Sequence record: OR544955
Length of the DNA stretch: 64,000 nucleotides
Source: Escherichia phage vB_EcoP_EP32B
Reading direction: 5' to 3' (one strand)
Made by a program: the position numbers and the translations under genes. This document shows positions 19,716-29,382 of the stretch, in pieces. The notes beneath the pieces are model-generated. The model was not told the origin of the DNA. It did no database searches and saw only the letters and a list, made by a program, of their open reading frames with translations. Within the stretch, counting starts at the first letter, position 1; each line of letters opens with the position of its first letter.

Positions 19716-19756
19716 AATAGTGTACAATACACCTACTTACCAATGAGGACTTCAAC

Positions 19757-21442
19757 ATGAAAAAAGCTGTTATTCTTGGTGCTGGACTGGCAACTCGTTT
19801 GTATCCAATAACGCATCATATTCCAAAAGTTCTTGTGAACTATAAACAAGACACTATTCTGAGCAATTTGTATACAATTTATTCTGACCTTGGCGCAGAT
19901 GAAATTATTGTAGTAGTTCATTCAAAATTTGCTGAAACTGTTCGAGCTTATTGTGAGCAAGAAGGGTTCAATGTGACTATTCGTACAGTTGATGAAGCGT
20001 ATGGTTCTGCTTATGCTCTTGCTAAATTACACAAAGATTTAGATGGCCATAACGTAATTGTTAACTGGTGTGATATTATTCCTGATTTTGGTTCATGGTC
20101 TTGGAATGTTAATGCAATCTATGTTAAGGGTGACGAATGTCGATATAATTTTGACGGTGAAAATATCACTAACGTAGGTTCAACAGGTGGTAATGTTGTA
20201 GGAATTTATCAGTTCAAAGACTGGGAATTCTACATGGGTTCTACTGATGAGGAAATTCACGAATACTGCAAAGGTCGTGATTTCGTAGAATTCCTTTACG
20301 GCAGCGCATTCAATAAATCAGAGCTTATGAATCTAATTGATTTAGGTGATATGCCTAAACTTGAAAAAGCTCATGAAGTTCGTGAACTTAATCGTAGTTT
20401 TAATGCAGTTGAAATTGGTGAAGAAACTGTAACTAAATTCGCATTAACCGAACAAGGTCGAGCTCTTCAAAAAGATGAGATTTCATGGTATTTGAAAGTG
20501 AAATCAGATTCAGTTCCTCAGTTAGTTTCGGTAAATGAAAATAATTTTGAAATGGAACGCATTAAAGGTAAGCCGGCATTTGAATATATTAAATCCAAAT
20601 CAAGTCTTGCTCGTCCACAAATTGTTGATGCAATTTTAGATGCACTGAAATTCAGCACAGACACTTATTTTGTAAGTCCTGAAACTGTTCGTCGTGATTT
20701 CACTAAAGAATTCTATACGAAAGTTATTGATCGTTGTGAAAGCATTCAGCCATTGATTGATTCATTTGGTAAAATCACACACGTGAACTACACTAAGATT
20801 GGACGTCTGAAGCCAATGCTGAAGCAAGCTTTAGAACATCTTATTCGTTATCATACCCGTTCTCAGGGACAGTACTCTGTTATTCATGGTGACCCGAACT
20901 TCAGTAATACTATGATTACTGATAATGGCGAAGTCAAGTTTATCGACCCTCGTGGATATTTTGGCGAAACCAAGATTTACGGGCCAAAATTGTACGATGA
21001 AGCTAAAGTGCTTTATGCTGTTTCAGGTTATGATGAATTCAACGCTAATCCGACCTGGGGACAGTTTACTATTGACGAAACAACTTGTAATGTGACTATT
21101 AACATCAATCCATTAGTTTACAAATATGGAAAGATGAGTTCGTTTAACGAGTATCATCATTTGGCTGTAGCAATTATCTGGATTGCATTAGGTGGTTATT
21201 TCAAGAATAATCCACTTAAAGCGGTAGCCGCATATTATAAAGGTATGGAACTTCTGACTAAGCAATTACGTAACATGGGCCGTGTACTTCAAGACGGCTC
21301 TATTAGTTATGACGTAGCAGAACCTGTAACGGCTACTCTGATTACAAAAAATCCTGGTAAATGGGTACTAACTGATAAAGAAACTGGTGTTTCTTATCGT
21401 CCAATCGGTGGCGATATCACTCATCAATGGGAACGAATCTAA
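19757..21442 (+). CDS. bifunctional sugar-1-phosphate nucleotidyltransferase / sugar kinase (APH-choline-kinase-like)
   Basis: N-term GAGLATRL; C-term HGDPNFSN catalytic loop and IDPRG; 561 aa. Confidence 0.75.
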   Translation: MKKAVILGAGLATRLYPITHHIPKVLVNYKQDTILSNLYTIYSDLGADEIIVVVHSKFAETVRAYCEQEGFNVTIRTVDEAYGSAYALAKLHKDLDGHNVIVNWCDIIPDFGSWSWNVNAIYVKGDECRYNFDGENITNVGSTGGNVVGIYQFKDWEFYMGSTDEEIHEYCKGRDFVEFLYGSAFNKSELMNLIDLGDMPKLEKAHEVRELNRSFNAVEIGEETVTKFALTEQGRALQKDEISWYLKVKSDSVPQLVSVNENNFEMERIKGKPAFEYIKSKSSLARPQIVDAILDALKFSTDTYFVSPETVRRDFTKEFYTKVIDRCESIQPLIDSFGKITHVNYTKIGRLKPMLKQALEHLIRYHTRSQGQYSVIHGDPNFSNTMITDNGEVKFIDPRGYFGETKIYGPKLYDEAKVLYAVSGYDEFNANPTWGQFTIDETTCNVTININPLVYKYGKMSSFNEYHHLAVAIIWIALGGYFKNNPLKAVAAYYKGMELLTKQLRNMGRVLQDGSISYDVAEPVTATLITKNPGKWVLTDKETGVSYRPIGGDITHQWERI

Positions 21443-21828
21443 TGCACCGTGTAGAAAACATGCTTAATCTTTGTTTTGATGTCGATGATTGTATAACAGA
21501 GTGGAATAACAATCGTGATTACGTGAACTTCAAACCAGACGTCGAAATGGTGACTGCTATTAATGCCCTGTATGATGCAGGGCATACCATAACGCTTTAC
21601 ACTGCTCGTGGTATGAAGTCAGTAGGTCCTGGTCGTATAGCAATTGACATTCTCCCAAGTCTGATTCAGAACTTGGAAAACATTGGTTTGAAGTACCATA
21701 ATTTGCTAACACATAAACCAGTATATGATTGGATTATCGACGACAAAGCTATGCGTCCCGACGAATTCAAAGCTCTTATGAATAAAGGCGAATTCGAAAC
21801 ATTTAAATCATATAAACCGAATCTATAA
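21442..21828 (+). CDS. HAD-superfamily phosphatase
   Basis: motif I FDVDDCIT (DxDxT); TAATG coupling. Confidence 0.65.
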   Translation: MHRVENMLNLCFDVDDCITEWNNNRDYVNFKPDVEMVTAINALYDAGHTITLYTARGMKSVGPGRIAIDILPSLIQNLENIGLKYHNLLTHKPVYDWIIDDKAMRPDEFKALMNKGEFETFKSYKPNL

Positions 21829-21884
21829 TAATTTAAGTAAGACCTGCAAAAACCATCGCATAAATTAACGTGAGATGCAAAAAA

Positions 21885-23045
21885 ATGAATACTTTTAAAA
21901 TTGGAACGAATTTTGATTTAGCTCTTCTTGATAAAATCGTAGAGCTCAATAAAACTTATCCTAATAGCTTGATAAACGAAGTATACGGCTCTACAAGAGA
22001 AATGGCTTTTGTAGCAGCCAGACCTGATTTTAGGCTTCCTGACGTTGACAAAAAGATGTTAGAAGATTACGTTAAACGTTGTAACGAATTAGGTATTTGC
22101 TTTAACTATACACTCAACACGATAAATCCTGGTTCAAAAAGAGAACTAGTCGAGTGGAAGAAGAAAGCTATTCAGGATTATGTTCAGTATCTTTGGTCAA
22201 TAGGCGTATGGCGTATTACTATCGCTAACCCTGTTGTTATGGAAATTGTTCGTGAAGTCAATAAAGACATTGAGATTGAAGTTTCAACAATTCTACATGT
22301 CGATGCTGTAACTCAAATAAAATACTTGCATGACCAATATAATATCAAAAAGGTCTGCTGTGGAATTCATAAGAACCGTTCAGTTTCTTTCCTGAAGCGT
22401 GCAGCAGAGTTTTGCAATAAGAACAATATAATATTTGAAGTTCTTGTAAATGAGTTCTGTTCTAATGCTGGTAAAGGGTATACAACACATTGTAGCTATC
22501 GTGACTCTTGCTATATTTTCCATAGTACTGATGTTACAGCCGATGATGCTAAATCCTTAAACGGGTATCCTATGCAGCACTGTATTAAAGCTCGTGATAC
22601 AGACCCATTTAACTGGTTGAGAACTCGTTTTGTTCGTCCTCAAGATTTGAAACTTTATAATGATATTGGTATCACTCAATTCAAAGTTTCAGGACGTACA
22701 GGTAGCACAGACTACATTTTGAAAGTTCTTGAAGCATACGCTTCTGAAAAGTTTGAAGGTAATTTGTTAGAACTGTGGAAGCCTTTAGAGACTATTTTCA
22801 CTCTTGAAAATGAAACTGAGTTTTCACATACAGTAAATATTGAAACCTCTTTGTTAGATGGCTTTTTAGAAAAAAGGTGGTTCAGACATCCAGATTTTGA
22901 TTGTGCTAATGAAATCTGTGGATCAACGTGTACATATTGTGAAAGATATTATAAACGTCAATTATCTAAAAACGGGTTAGCAGAAAACTCTATATCTATT
23001 ATTGATATAACTAACTCTGATGACGCTTTGAGGTACCCGGAATGA
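21885..23045 (+). CDS. hypothetical protein with Cys-rich C-terminus; faint peptidase-U32-like motif
   Basis: 386 aa; NEFCSNAGKGYTTHCS and CANEICGSTCTYC. Confidence 0.5.
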   Translation: MNTFKIGTNFDLALLDKIVELNKTYPNSLINEVYGSTREMAFVAARPDFRLPDVDKKMLEDYVKRCNELGICFNYTLNTINPGSKRELVEWKKKAIQDYVQYLWSIGVWRITIANPVVMEIVREVNKDIEIEVSTILHVDAVTQIKYLHDQYNIKKVCCGIHKNRSVSFLKRAAEFCNKNNIIFEVLVNEFCSNAGKGYTTHCSYRDSCYIFHSTDVTADDAKSLNGYPMQHCIKARDTDPFNWLRTRFVRPQDLKLYNDIGITQFKVSGRTGSTDYILKVLEAYASEKFEGNLLELWKPLETIFTLENETEFSHTVNIETSLLDGFLEKRWFRHPDFDCANEICGSTCTYCERYYKRQLSKNGLAENSISIIDITNSDDALRYPE

Positions 23046-23323
23046 TTTCTAGAAAAACTTTTAATCACCAACTTAATGAAGAGATTTTGACTATTAAAAT
23101 TAACACTAACGAACAAATTCTTAAAAAGGCCCTTATGGGCCTGTTTGAAACTAAAGCGGCTAAAGTGATTAAAGAACCTGTTCAATTGGAATACTACGCT
23201 GATGCATTTCTTCATAGTGTTCTTGGAAGTATCGATGCTGAAGCTTTACGTTATATCAACATTGTCAAGAAATTCAAATAAGCTTTACGAATTGAGTATA
23301 TAATAAATTGTATTGAGGTAAAC

Positions 23324-24040
23324 ATGGGAAAACATAACACAATGAAATATATCAAAGCCGCAGATTTTCAAACCGCATTTAAAGCAGTCAATCGTGAAAT
23401 TTTAGAAAACCCGGAATTCGTAACTGATTCTCGTATTGGACGTTGTAATGAAATTGGGTCTATGACAGTAGTTGTTGACACTCCATCATCATTCAAAATG
23501 ACCGACCCGCGTATTAACCGCATCTCTTATGAATATGCCGAAGACTTCTGGAAGTTTATGATTTCTGGTGGTACTGACGCAGAAGAAGCGTTTAAGGCAT
23601 ATCCTAATGTCGCTAAATTTATTTCTAAACCAAAATCAGATGCTTTGCCTGCAAACTTCAACACTTTCTATGGTCCTCGCATTGCGGCCCAATTACCAGC
23701 TCTTCTAAAAGAACTTAAAGAGAAGCCTAACTCCAGAAGAGTTGTGTTCCAAATTCTAGAAAGTTCTGATCAGGCTTTGCTTGATTCGGACGAAACGCTT
23801 GAATATCCATGTACTGACTCAGTGACTTATTATATTCGTGACGGTAAGCTTTATACCCACTGTCATATGCGTTCCCAGAACTGTGCTGTTGTTATGCAGT
23901 TGGATTTTTATCTCCAAGGAAAATTACTTCATTATATCGCTAACGAATGCGGTGTAGAAGTTGGTGATTATACTCATACCATGGTAAGTGCCCATGTGTT
24001 TGAACGTGATTTTGATTATGTTAAAGGATTCCTTGACTAA
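23324..24040 (+). CDS. thymidylate-synthase-family deoxypyrimidylate hydroxymethylase (gene 42 position)
   Basis: NSRR, catalytic Cys in YPCT, MRSQN..D; RBS GAGG. Confidence 0.65.
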   Translation: MGKHNTMKYIKAADFQTAFKAVNREILENPEFVTDSRIGRCNEIGSMTVVVDTPSSFKMTDPRINRISYEYAEDFWKFMISGGTDAEEAFKAYPNVAKFISKPKSDALPANFNTFYGPRIAAQLPALLKELKEKPNSRRVVFQILESSDQALLDSDETLEYPCTDSVTYYIRDGKLYTHCHMRSQNCAVVMQLDFYLQGKLLHYIANECGVEVGDYTHTMVSAHVFERDFDYVKGFLD

Positions 24041-24939
24041 TGGCTATTTTCCGCGTACCAATCTTGAGTATGCGGTCTTATGAAACTGGTCAGTATGCTA
24101 TCCTTAAGGATGGCAACTTCCAACTTCATTTGCACCGTGCTAATCCGGGTGATGTGATTACATATCCACGTAATGCATCTGATATTAAAGAATGCGAACG
24201 TCTTTTTCCGGAATTTAAGTTTGTTCCATTATGGTATAAAGATAACGCGTATAACACTCGTAAATATTTCTGGTCTGAAAATGAATTTGTGGTTGATTCA
24301 TTAATTGCTTATTATGATTGTGATTTTCTAATCACAGATATCACTGGTTATGATGGCGCTTTTGACGTAGAATTCAATTTCAATATCACTGCAGACCCTA
24401 ATAAACCACGTTTTTATATTGATGAATTCTTAAAAACTGATATGTTGTCGGTTAATCGTTCACTTCAAACTACTGTGTTGAATGAACGTCAAAAAGAAGT
24501 GCTGGTTAACGCAGGTGCAGATGGTAATAAGATTATCGTAACGCAGAAAGTTATACGTCCTTCCGTCATGCAGCGTCTTGTAGGTGATTTGGCTCCTATT
24601 CATCTAGATGGTATTTTTCATCCATTTCGAATTAGTGACCCATGCTATCGTTTTGAACAAGTGGTTGAATGCGCAATTCAATTAGGTCAACCGCTTTATA
24701 TAACTGATCCAAATAATAGTTTCGACAGAAATAAGTATCCTGAAGAAGCGCTGATTCGAATTTTTAATCCAACTAAAACTGAGTACTATCAAATTCTTAA
24801 AGGACGTCCGAAGATTCAATATTTCGAAAATCCTGAAGAAGTATTCCATCCAGGTCTTGGTGAGTTCATCTACTTTAATGCTTTAATTTCTTCACCGTAT
24901 AATATACCTAAATACGAAGATGTCGTAATCGAGGAATAA
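24040..24939 (+). CDS. hypothetical protein (beta-gt position, no recognisable motifs)
   Basis: 299-aa ORF coupled ATGGCT after TAA. Confidence 0.5.
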   Translation: MAIFRVPILSMRSYETGQYAILKDGNFQLHLHRANPGDVITYPRNASDIKECERLFPEFKFVPLWYKDNAYNTRKYFWSENEFVVDSLIAYYDCDFLITDITGYDGAFDVEFNFNITADPNKPRFYIDEFLKTDMLSVNRSLQTTVLNERQKEVLVNAGADGNKIIVTQKVIRPSVMQRLVGDLAPIHLDGIFHPFRISDPCYRFEQVVECAIQLGQPLYITDPNNSFDRNKYPEEALIRIFNPTKTEYYQILKGRPKIQYFENPEEVFHPGLGEFIYFNALISSPYNIPKYEDVVIEE

Positions 24940-24940
24940 A

Positions 24941-25489
24941 ATGGCTAAAATTATTTTAGTAGACGGGCCGGATAATGCTGGTAAAACAACTTTCATTAAT
25001 GACATAATGGAAATTAGTGAAAGATATGTAAAGATTGATTTCCCTAAACGAACAGTTGATGGGCGTTTCGATGTTAAGTCTCGAAATGAAGTCGGCTGTT
25101 TCGAAACGATGTTGAATTATTTGGACCCTACTAAGATTTATCTGTTAGACCGTGGATATATTAGTAACTGGGTTTATGGACGTATTCGACAAGATGTGGA
25201 CTCGGTTCTTGACGTTTATGAACAGGATTATGTTCGTCTTTGCCAAAACCATGATGTGTTCACAATTATTTTAACACGTAACGAAATGACTGAAAGTTTT
25301 GAAGACGACCTTATTACTTTGTCTTCATTCGGTTTTAATACAGTCATTTCATATTTTGAAGAGTTTGCAATTCATAACAAAATCCAAACGTATCAATTAC
25401 TTAATCATGATGGTGCTAATAAAGTTATAGGATTTAACGCAAGCGAACGTAATAATTTGATTACAGAAATCATCAAATGGGCTCGTTAA
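24941..25489 (+). CDS. P-loop nucleotide kinase-like protein
   Basis: ILVDGPDNAGKTTF Walker A; 182 aa. Confidence 0.6.
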   Translation: MAKIILVDGPDNAGKTTFINDIMEISERYVKIDFPKRTVDGRFDVKSRNEVGCFETMLNYLDPTKIYLLDRGYISNWVYGRIRQDVDSVLDVYEQDYVRLCQNHDVFTIILTRNEMTESFEDDLITLSSFGFNTVISYFEEFAIHNKIQTYQLLNHDGANKVIGFNASERNNLITEIIKWAR

Positions 25490-25587
25490 GAGCCATTTAA
25501 AGTTTTAAATGCTGTATAACCCTTAGTATATAATCATCTTATCTTTTAAACATGAGTAAAATATAATGATGCCTATGGAAAAATACA

Positions 25588-26760
25588 ATGTCTGATTTAA
25601 AATCTCGTCTGATTAAAGCTTCTACTTCTAAAATGACTGCAGACTTGACTAAGTCTAAGCTGTTTAATAATCGTGATGAAGTCCCTACTCGTATTCCGAT
25701 GTTGAATATTGCATTAGGTGGTGCACTGAATGCCGGGTTGCAATCAGGCTTAACTATTTTTGCTGCTCCTTCTAAACACTTTAAAACGTTGTTTGGACTA
25801 ACTATGGTTGCAGCGTATATGAAGAAATATAAAGATGCAATCTGTTTGTTTTATGACTCAGAATTCGGTGCTTCGGAATCTTATTTTCGTTCAATGGGTG
25901 TTGATTTAGACCGTGTAGTTCATACTCCGATTCAATCTGTCGAACAACTTAAGGTTGATATGACTAATCAGCTTGACGCGATTGAACGCGGTGATAAAGT
26001 TATTATCTTTATCGATTCAATCGGTAATACTGCATCTAAGAAAGAAACCGAAGATGCGTTGAACGAGAAAGTTGTAGGTGATATGTCTCGTGCTAAGGCA
26101 CTTAAATCTCTGTTCCGCATTGTGACTCCTTATCTGACTATTAAAGATATTCCGTGTGTTGCAATTAACCATACTGCAATGGAAATTGGCGGACTATATC
26201 CTAAAGAGATTATGGGCGGTGGTACAGGTATTCTTTATTCTGCCAACACGGTATTTTTTATCTCTAAACGTCAGGTTAAAGAAGGTACAGAATTGACCGG
26301 TTATGACTTTACGTTGAAAGCGGAAAAATCTCGTACAGTTAAAGAGAAATCTACTTTCCCGATCACGGTTAATTTTGATGGCGGTATTGACCCATTCAGT
26401 GGCTTGTTAGAAATGGCAACTGAAATTGGATTTGTTGTTAAGCCTAAAGCCGGGTGGTATGCTCGTGAATTCCTTGACGAAGAAACAGGTGAAATGATTC
26501 GTGAAGAAAAATCATGGCGTGCTAAAGCTACTGATTGTGTAGAATTCTGGGGACCTTTGTTTAAACACAAACCTTTCCGAGATGCAATTGAAACTAAATA
26601 TAAACTAGGTGCTATCTCTTCTATTAAAGAAGTTGATGACGCTGTTAACGACCTTATTAATTGCAAAGCAACAACTAAAGTTCCGGTTAAAACTTCTGAT
26701 GCTCCGTCTGCAGCAGATATAGAAAACGACCTTGACGAAATGGAAGATTTCGATGAATAA
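25588..26760 (+). CDS. uvsX: recombinase UvsX (RecA-like)
   Basis: 390 aa, RecA fold motifs, recalled T4 UvsX match. Confidence 0.96.
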   Translation: MSDLKSRLIKASTSKMTADLTKSKLFNNRDEVPTRIPMLNIALGGALNAGLQSGLTIFAAPSKHFKTLFGLTMVAAYMKKYKDAICLFYDSEFGASESYFRSMGVDLDRVVHTPIQSVEQLKVDMTNQLDAIERGDKVIIFIDSIGNTASKKETEDALNEKVVGDMSRAKALKSLFRIVTPYLTIKDIPCVAINHTAMEIGGLYPKEIMGGGTGILYSANTVFFISKRQVKEGTELTGYDFTLKAEKSRTVKEKSTFPITVNFDGGIDPFSGLLEMATEIGFVVKPKAGWYAREFLDEETGEMIREEKSWRAKATDCVEFWGPLFKHKPFRDAIETKYKLGAISSIKEVDDAVNDLINCKATTKVPVKTSDAPSAADIENDLDEMEDFDE

Positions 26761-27094
26761 TCTCGATGATTTAAATCTAGAAATCGTTGATGAATCCCCT
26801 TCTTTGGAAGGGGAGGACATTCGCAAAGAACGAGTGTTTAATGAATCTCTTAAAATTGTCCGTTCAGCAATGGAAAATGTCATTCAAGAGATTCTGATTA
26901 CACTTGAAGACGGTTCCCATCATATAGTCTATATTACAAAACTAGACTGGGTTGATGGTAAAATCGTAATGGACTTTGCAGTTCTTGACCAGGACAGAAA
27001 AGCAGAACTTGCGCCACATGTTGAAAAATGTGTTACAATGCAAGTACAACAAGCTTTTAATGAACGGACCAAGAAAAAATTTAAATTCTTTTAA
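26753..27094 (+). CDS. 40: gene 40-like protein (by synteny)
   Basis: 114-aa ORF between uvsX and 41. Confidence 0.55.
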   Translation: MNNLDDLNLEIVDESPSLEGEDIRKERVFNESLKIVRSAMENVIQEILITLEDGSHHIVYITKLDWVDGKIVMDFAVLDQDRKAELAPHVEKCVTMQVQQAFNERTKKKFKFF

Positions 27095-27103
27095 GGAGTT
27101 ATC

Positions 27104-28546
27104 GTGGTAGAAATTATTTTGTCTCATCTCGTATATGACCAGGCTTATTTTTCTAAGGTCTGGCCTTATATGGATTCTGAGTATTTTGAGCGTGGACCGG
27201 CAAAAAACGTCTTTAAAATTATAAAGAGCCACGTTAACGAATATAATGCAATGCCATCTATCAATGCATTAAAGGTGGCTTTAGATAACAGTTCTTTAAC
27301 TGAAGCCGAATATAAAGGAACTTCAGACCTAATTGAAAAATTGGCTGATACTCCTGAAGACCATGAATGGTTGGTTAAAGAAACTGAGAAATATGTCCAG
27401 CAAAAAGCGATGTATAATGCTACATCCAAAATTATTGAGATTCAGTCTAATGCTGAACTACCTCCAGAACAACGTAACAAGAAAATGCCTGATGTAGGAG
27501 CTATTCCTGATATTATGCGTCAAGCACTTTCAATTTCGTTCGATAGTTATGTTGGGCATGACTGGATGGAAGACTATGAAGCACGTTGGCTTTCTTATCT
27601 AAATAAAGCACGTAAGGTCCCGTTCAAATTAAACATTTTGAATAAAATCACCAAAGGCGGCGCAGAAACAGGTACACTAAACGTTTTAATGGCTGGTGTT
27701 AACGTCGGTAAATCTTTAGGCCTTTGTTCACTTGCTGCAGATTATCTTCAAACAGGTCATAATGTTCTTTATATTTCCATGGAAATGGCTGAAGAAGTTT
27801 GTGCTAAGCGTATAGATGCAAACATGCTTGACGTATCACTTGATGATATTGATGATGGTAACGTATCTTATGCTGAATATAAAGCCAAGATGGAAAAATG
27901 GCGTTCAAAAACAACATTAGGACGTTTAGTAGTTAAACAGTATCCTACTGGTGGAGCTAATGCTAATACATTTCGTGCATTGCTTAATGAGTTAAAACTT
28001 AAGAAGAACTTTGTGCCATCTGTAATCATGGTTGATTACTTAGGTATTTGTGGGTCTTGTCGTATCAGAGTTTACACTGAAAATAGCTACACATTAGTTA
28101 AAGCTATCGCAGAAGAACTTCGTGCATTAGCAGTAGAATCTGAAACAGTTCTATGGACTGCAGCTCAAGTAGGACGTGCAGCATGGGATGCTTCGGATAT
28201 GAACATGAGCGATATTGCAGAATCAGCAGGTTTACCAGCAACGGCAGATTTCATGTTGGCCGTAATTGAAACCGAAGAACTTGCACAAGCTGAACAACAA
28301 CTTATCAAACAAATCAAATCACGATACGGTGATAAGAATAAGTGGAACAAGTTCTTGATGGGTGTACGTAAAGGCAACCAGAAATGGATTGAGATTGAGC
28401 AAGAAGGCATGAACACACCTAACACAGTAAATGAAAACGCAGGTGCTCAGATGCGTCAGGCAGAGGTGAATCGTACGGAACGCGTAGGTAAAGCCAAAGC
28501 AACACGTGCTGACCTAGATAGCTTAGCCAATGAGTTAAAATTTTAA
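27104..28546 (+). CDS. 41: replicative helicase gp41 (DnaB-like)
   Basis: GTG start after AAGGAG; Walker A GVNVGKS; recalled T4 gp41 match. Confidence 0.96.
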   Translation: MVEIILSHLVYDQAYFSKVWPYMDSEYFERGPAKNVFKIIKSHVNEYNAMPSINALKVALDNSSLTEAEYKGTSDLIEKLADTPEDHEWLVKETEKYVQQKAMYNATSKIIEIQSNAELPPEQRNKKMPDVGAIPDIMRQALSISFDSYVGHDWMEDYEARWLSYLNKARKVPFKLNILNKITKGGAETGTLNVLMAGVNVGKSLGLCSLAADYLQTGHNVLYISMEMAEEVCAKRIDANMLDVSLDDIDDGNVSYAEYKAKMEKWRSKTTLGRLVVKQYPTGGANANTFRALLNELKLKKNFVPSVIMVDYLGICGSCRIRVYTENSYTLVKAIAEELRALAVESETVLWTAAQVGRAAWDASDMNMSDIAESAGLPATADFMLAVIETEELAQAEQQLIKQIKSRYGDKNKWNKFLMGVRKGNQKWIEIEQEGMNTPNTVNENAGAQMRQAEVNRTERVGKAKATRADLDSLANELKF

Positions 28547-28550
28547 TAAA

Positions 28551-28570
28551 AAGGAGACTTCGGTCTCCTT
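28551..28570 (+). other. UUCG-tetraloop hairpin after gene 41
   Basis: AAGGAGAC TTCG GTCTCCTT; weak U tract. Confidence 0.5.
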
Positions 28571-28634
28571 TCGGGGTTTACATCTTCCTCTAGGCATGAT
28601 ATGATGTACTTACACAAACCAAGAGGAAAACATT

Positions 28635-29009
28635 ATGAATATGTCTCAAGCAATTTTTACTGCAATCACCGAAAACACAACTGTTGAAGTAGTTTCTCCG
28701 CTGGCAACCTACGTTATTCTTGCTCCTAAAACTATTGTATCTCGTATGGAAAACATGGGCAAACGTATCGTACAAATAGTTGGAGCTGGAAATCAAAAAC
28801 TTGATTATCTACGAACCATCAAAGCTTATGAACATTTCCAACTCGAAAAAGGTTCTCCTATCCAGGTAGAACTCGTAAATGGTGATATCGTTCGAGCAAT
28901 GTTCCATCATTTCTATGCATTGAATGACCCATCTAAAGCGGTTCGTTTAATTGCATACGACGCAAACCAAAACGAAATCAACGCAGACATATCTAAATTA
29001 CGTTTTTAA
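28635..29009 (+). CDS. hypothetical protein
   Basis: 124 aa, RBS AGGAAAACATT. Confidence 0.5.
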   Translation: MNMSQAIFTAITENTTVEVVSPLATYVILAPKTIVSRMENMGKRIVQIVGAGNQKLDYLRTIKAYEHFQLEKGSPIQVELVNGDIVRAMFHHFYALNDPSKAVRLIAYDANQNEINADISKLRF

Positions 29010-29060
29010 GTTTACTTCTCCAGTAGTTGTGTTATTATAGACCTATCAACTACTGGAGAA
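29010..29060 (+). promoter_or_regulatory. early promoter with 14-bp inverted repeat flanking the -10; distal arm contains the SD of the next gene
   Basis: -35 GTTTAC 29010-15, -10 TATTAT 29033-38, IR 29016-29029 / 29047-29060. Confidence 0.6.
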
Positions 29061-29064
29061 CAAA

Positions 29065-29382
29065 ATGAAAACCATCGATTGTAAAGCAGAATTTAAGATT
29101 TTTTATCACGGTTCAAGTAGTTCAGCTAACATCGAAAACATGCTTTGTCCTCCTGAGGAAACAGGAGTTCTGTCTGAAACTGGACGTAAGAAAAACTTGG
29201 ATCGTGTATTCTTTACTGAAGATATCGGTTTAGCAAAGATTTATGCAGGACGAGCAGCACGCTCTTATGGAGGTGAACCACGTCTCTATCGAGTAATTTC
29301 TCCGGTAGATGTAGTTCAAATGAATGATACTAAAGGTGCTACAGTTTATCACGCTGAATGGGCATTTTGCGAGGAAATATGA
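29065..29382 (+). CDS. hypothetical protein
   Basis: 105-aa ORF. Confidence 0.5.
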   Translation: MKTIDCKAEFKIFYHGSSSSANIENMLCPPEETGVLSETGRKKNLDRVFFTEDIGLAKIYAGRAARSYGGEPRLYRVISPVDVVQMNDTKGATVYHAEWAFCEEI

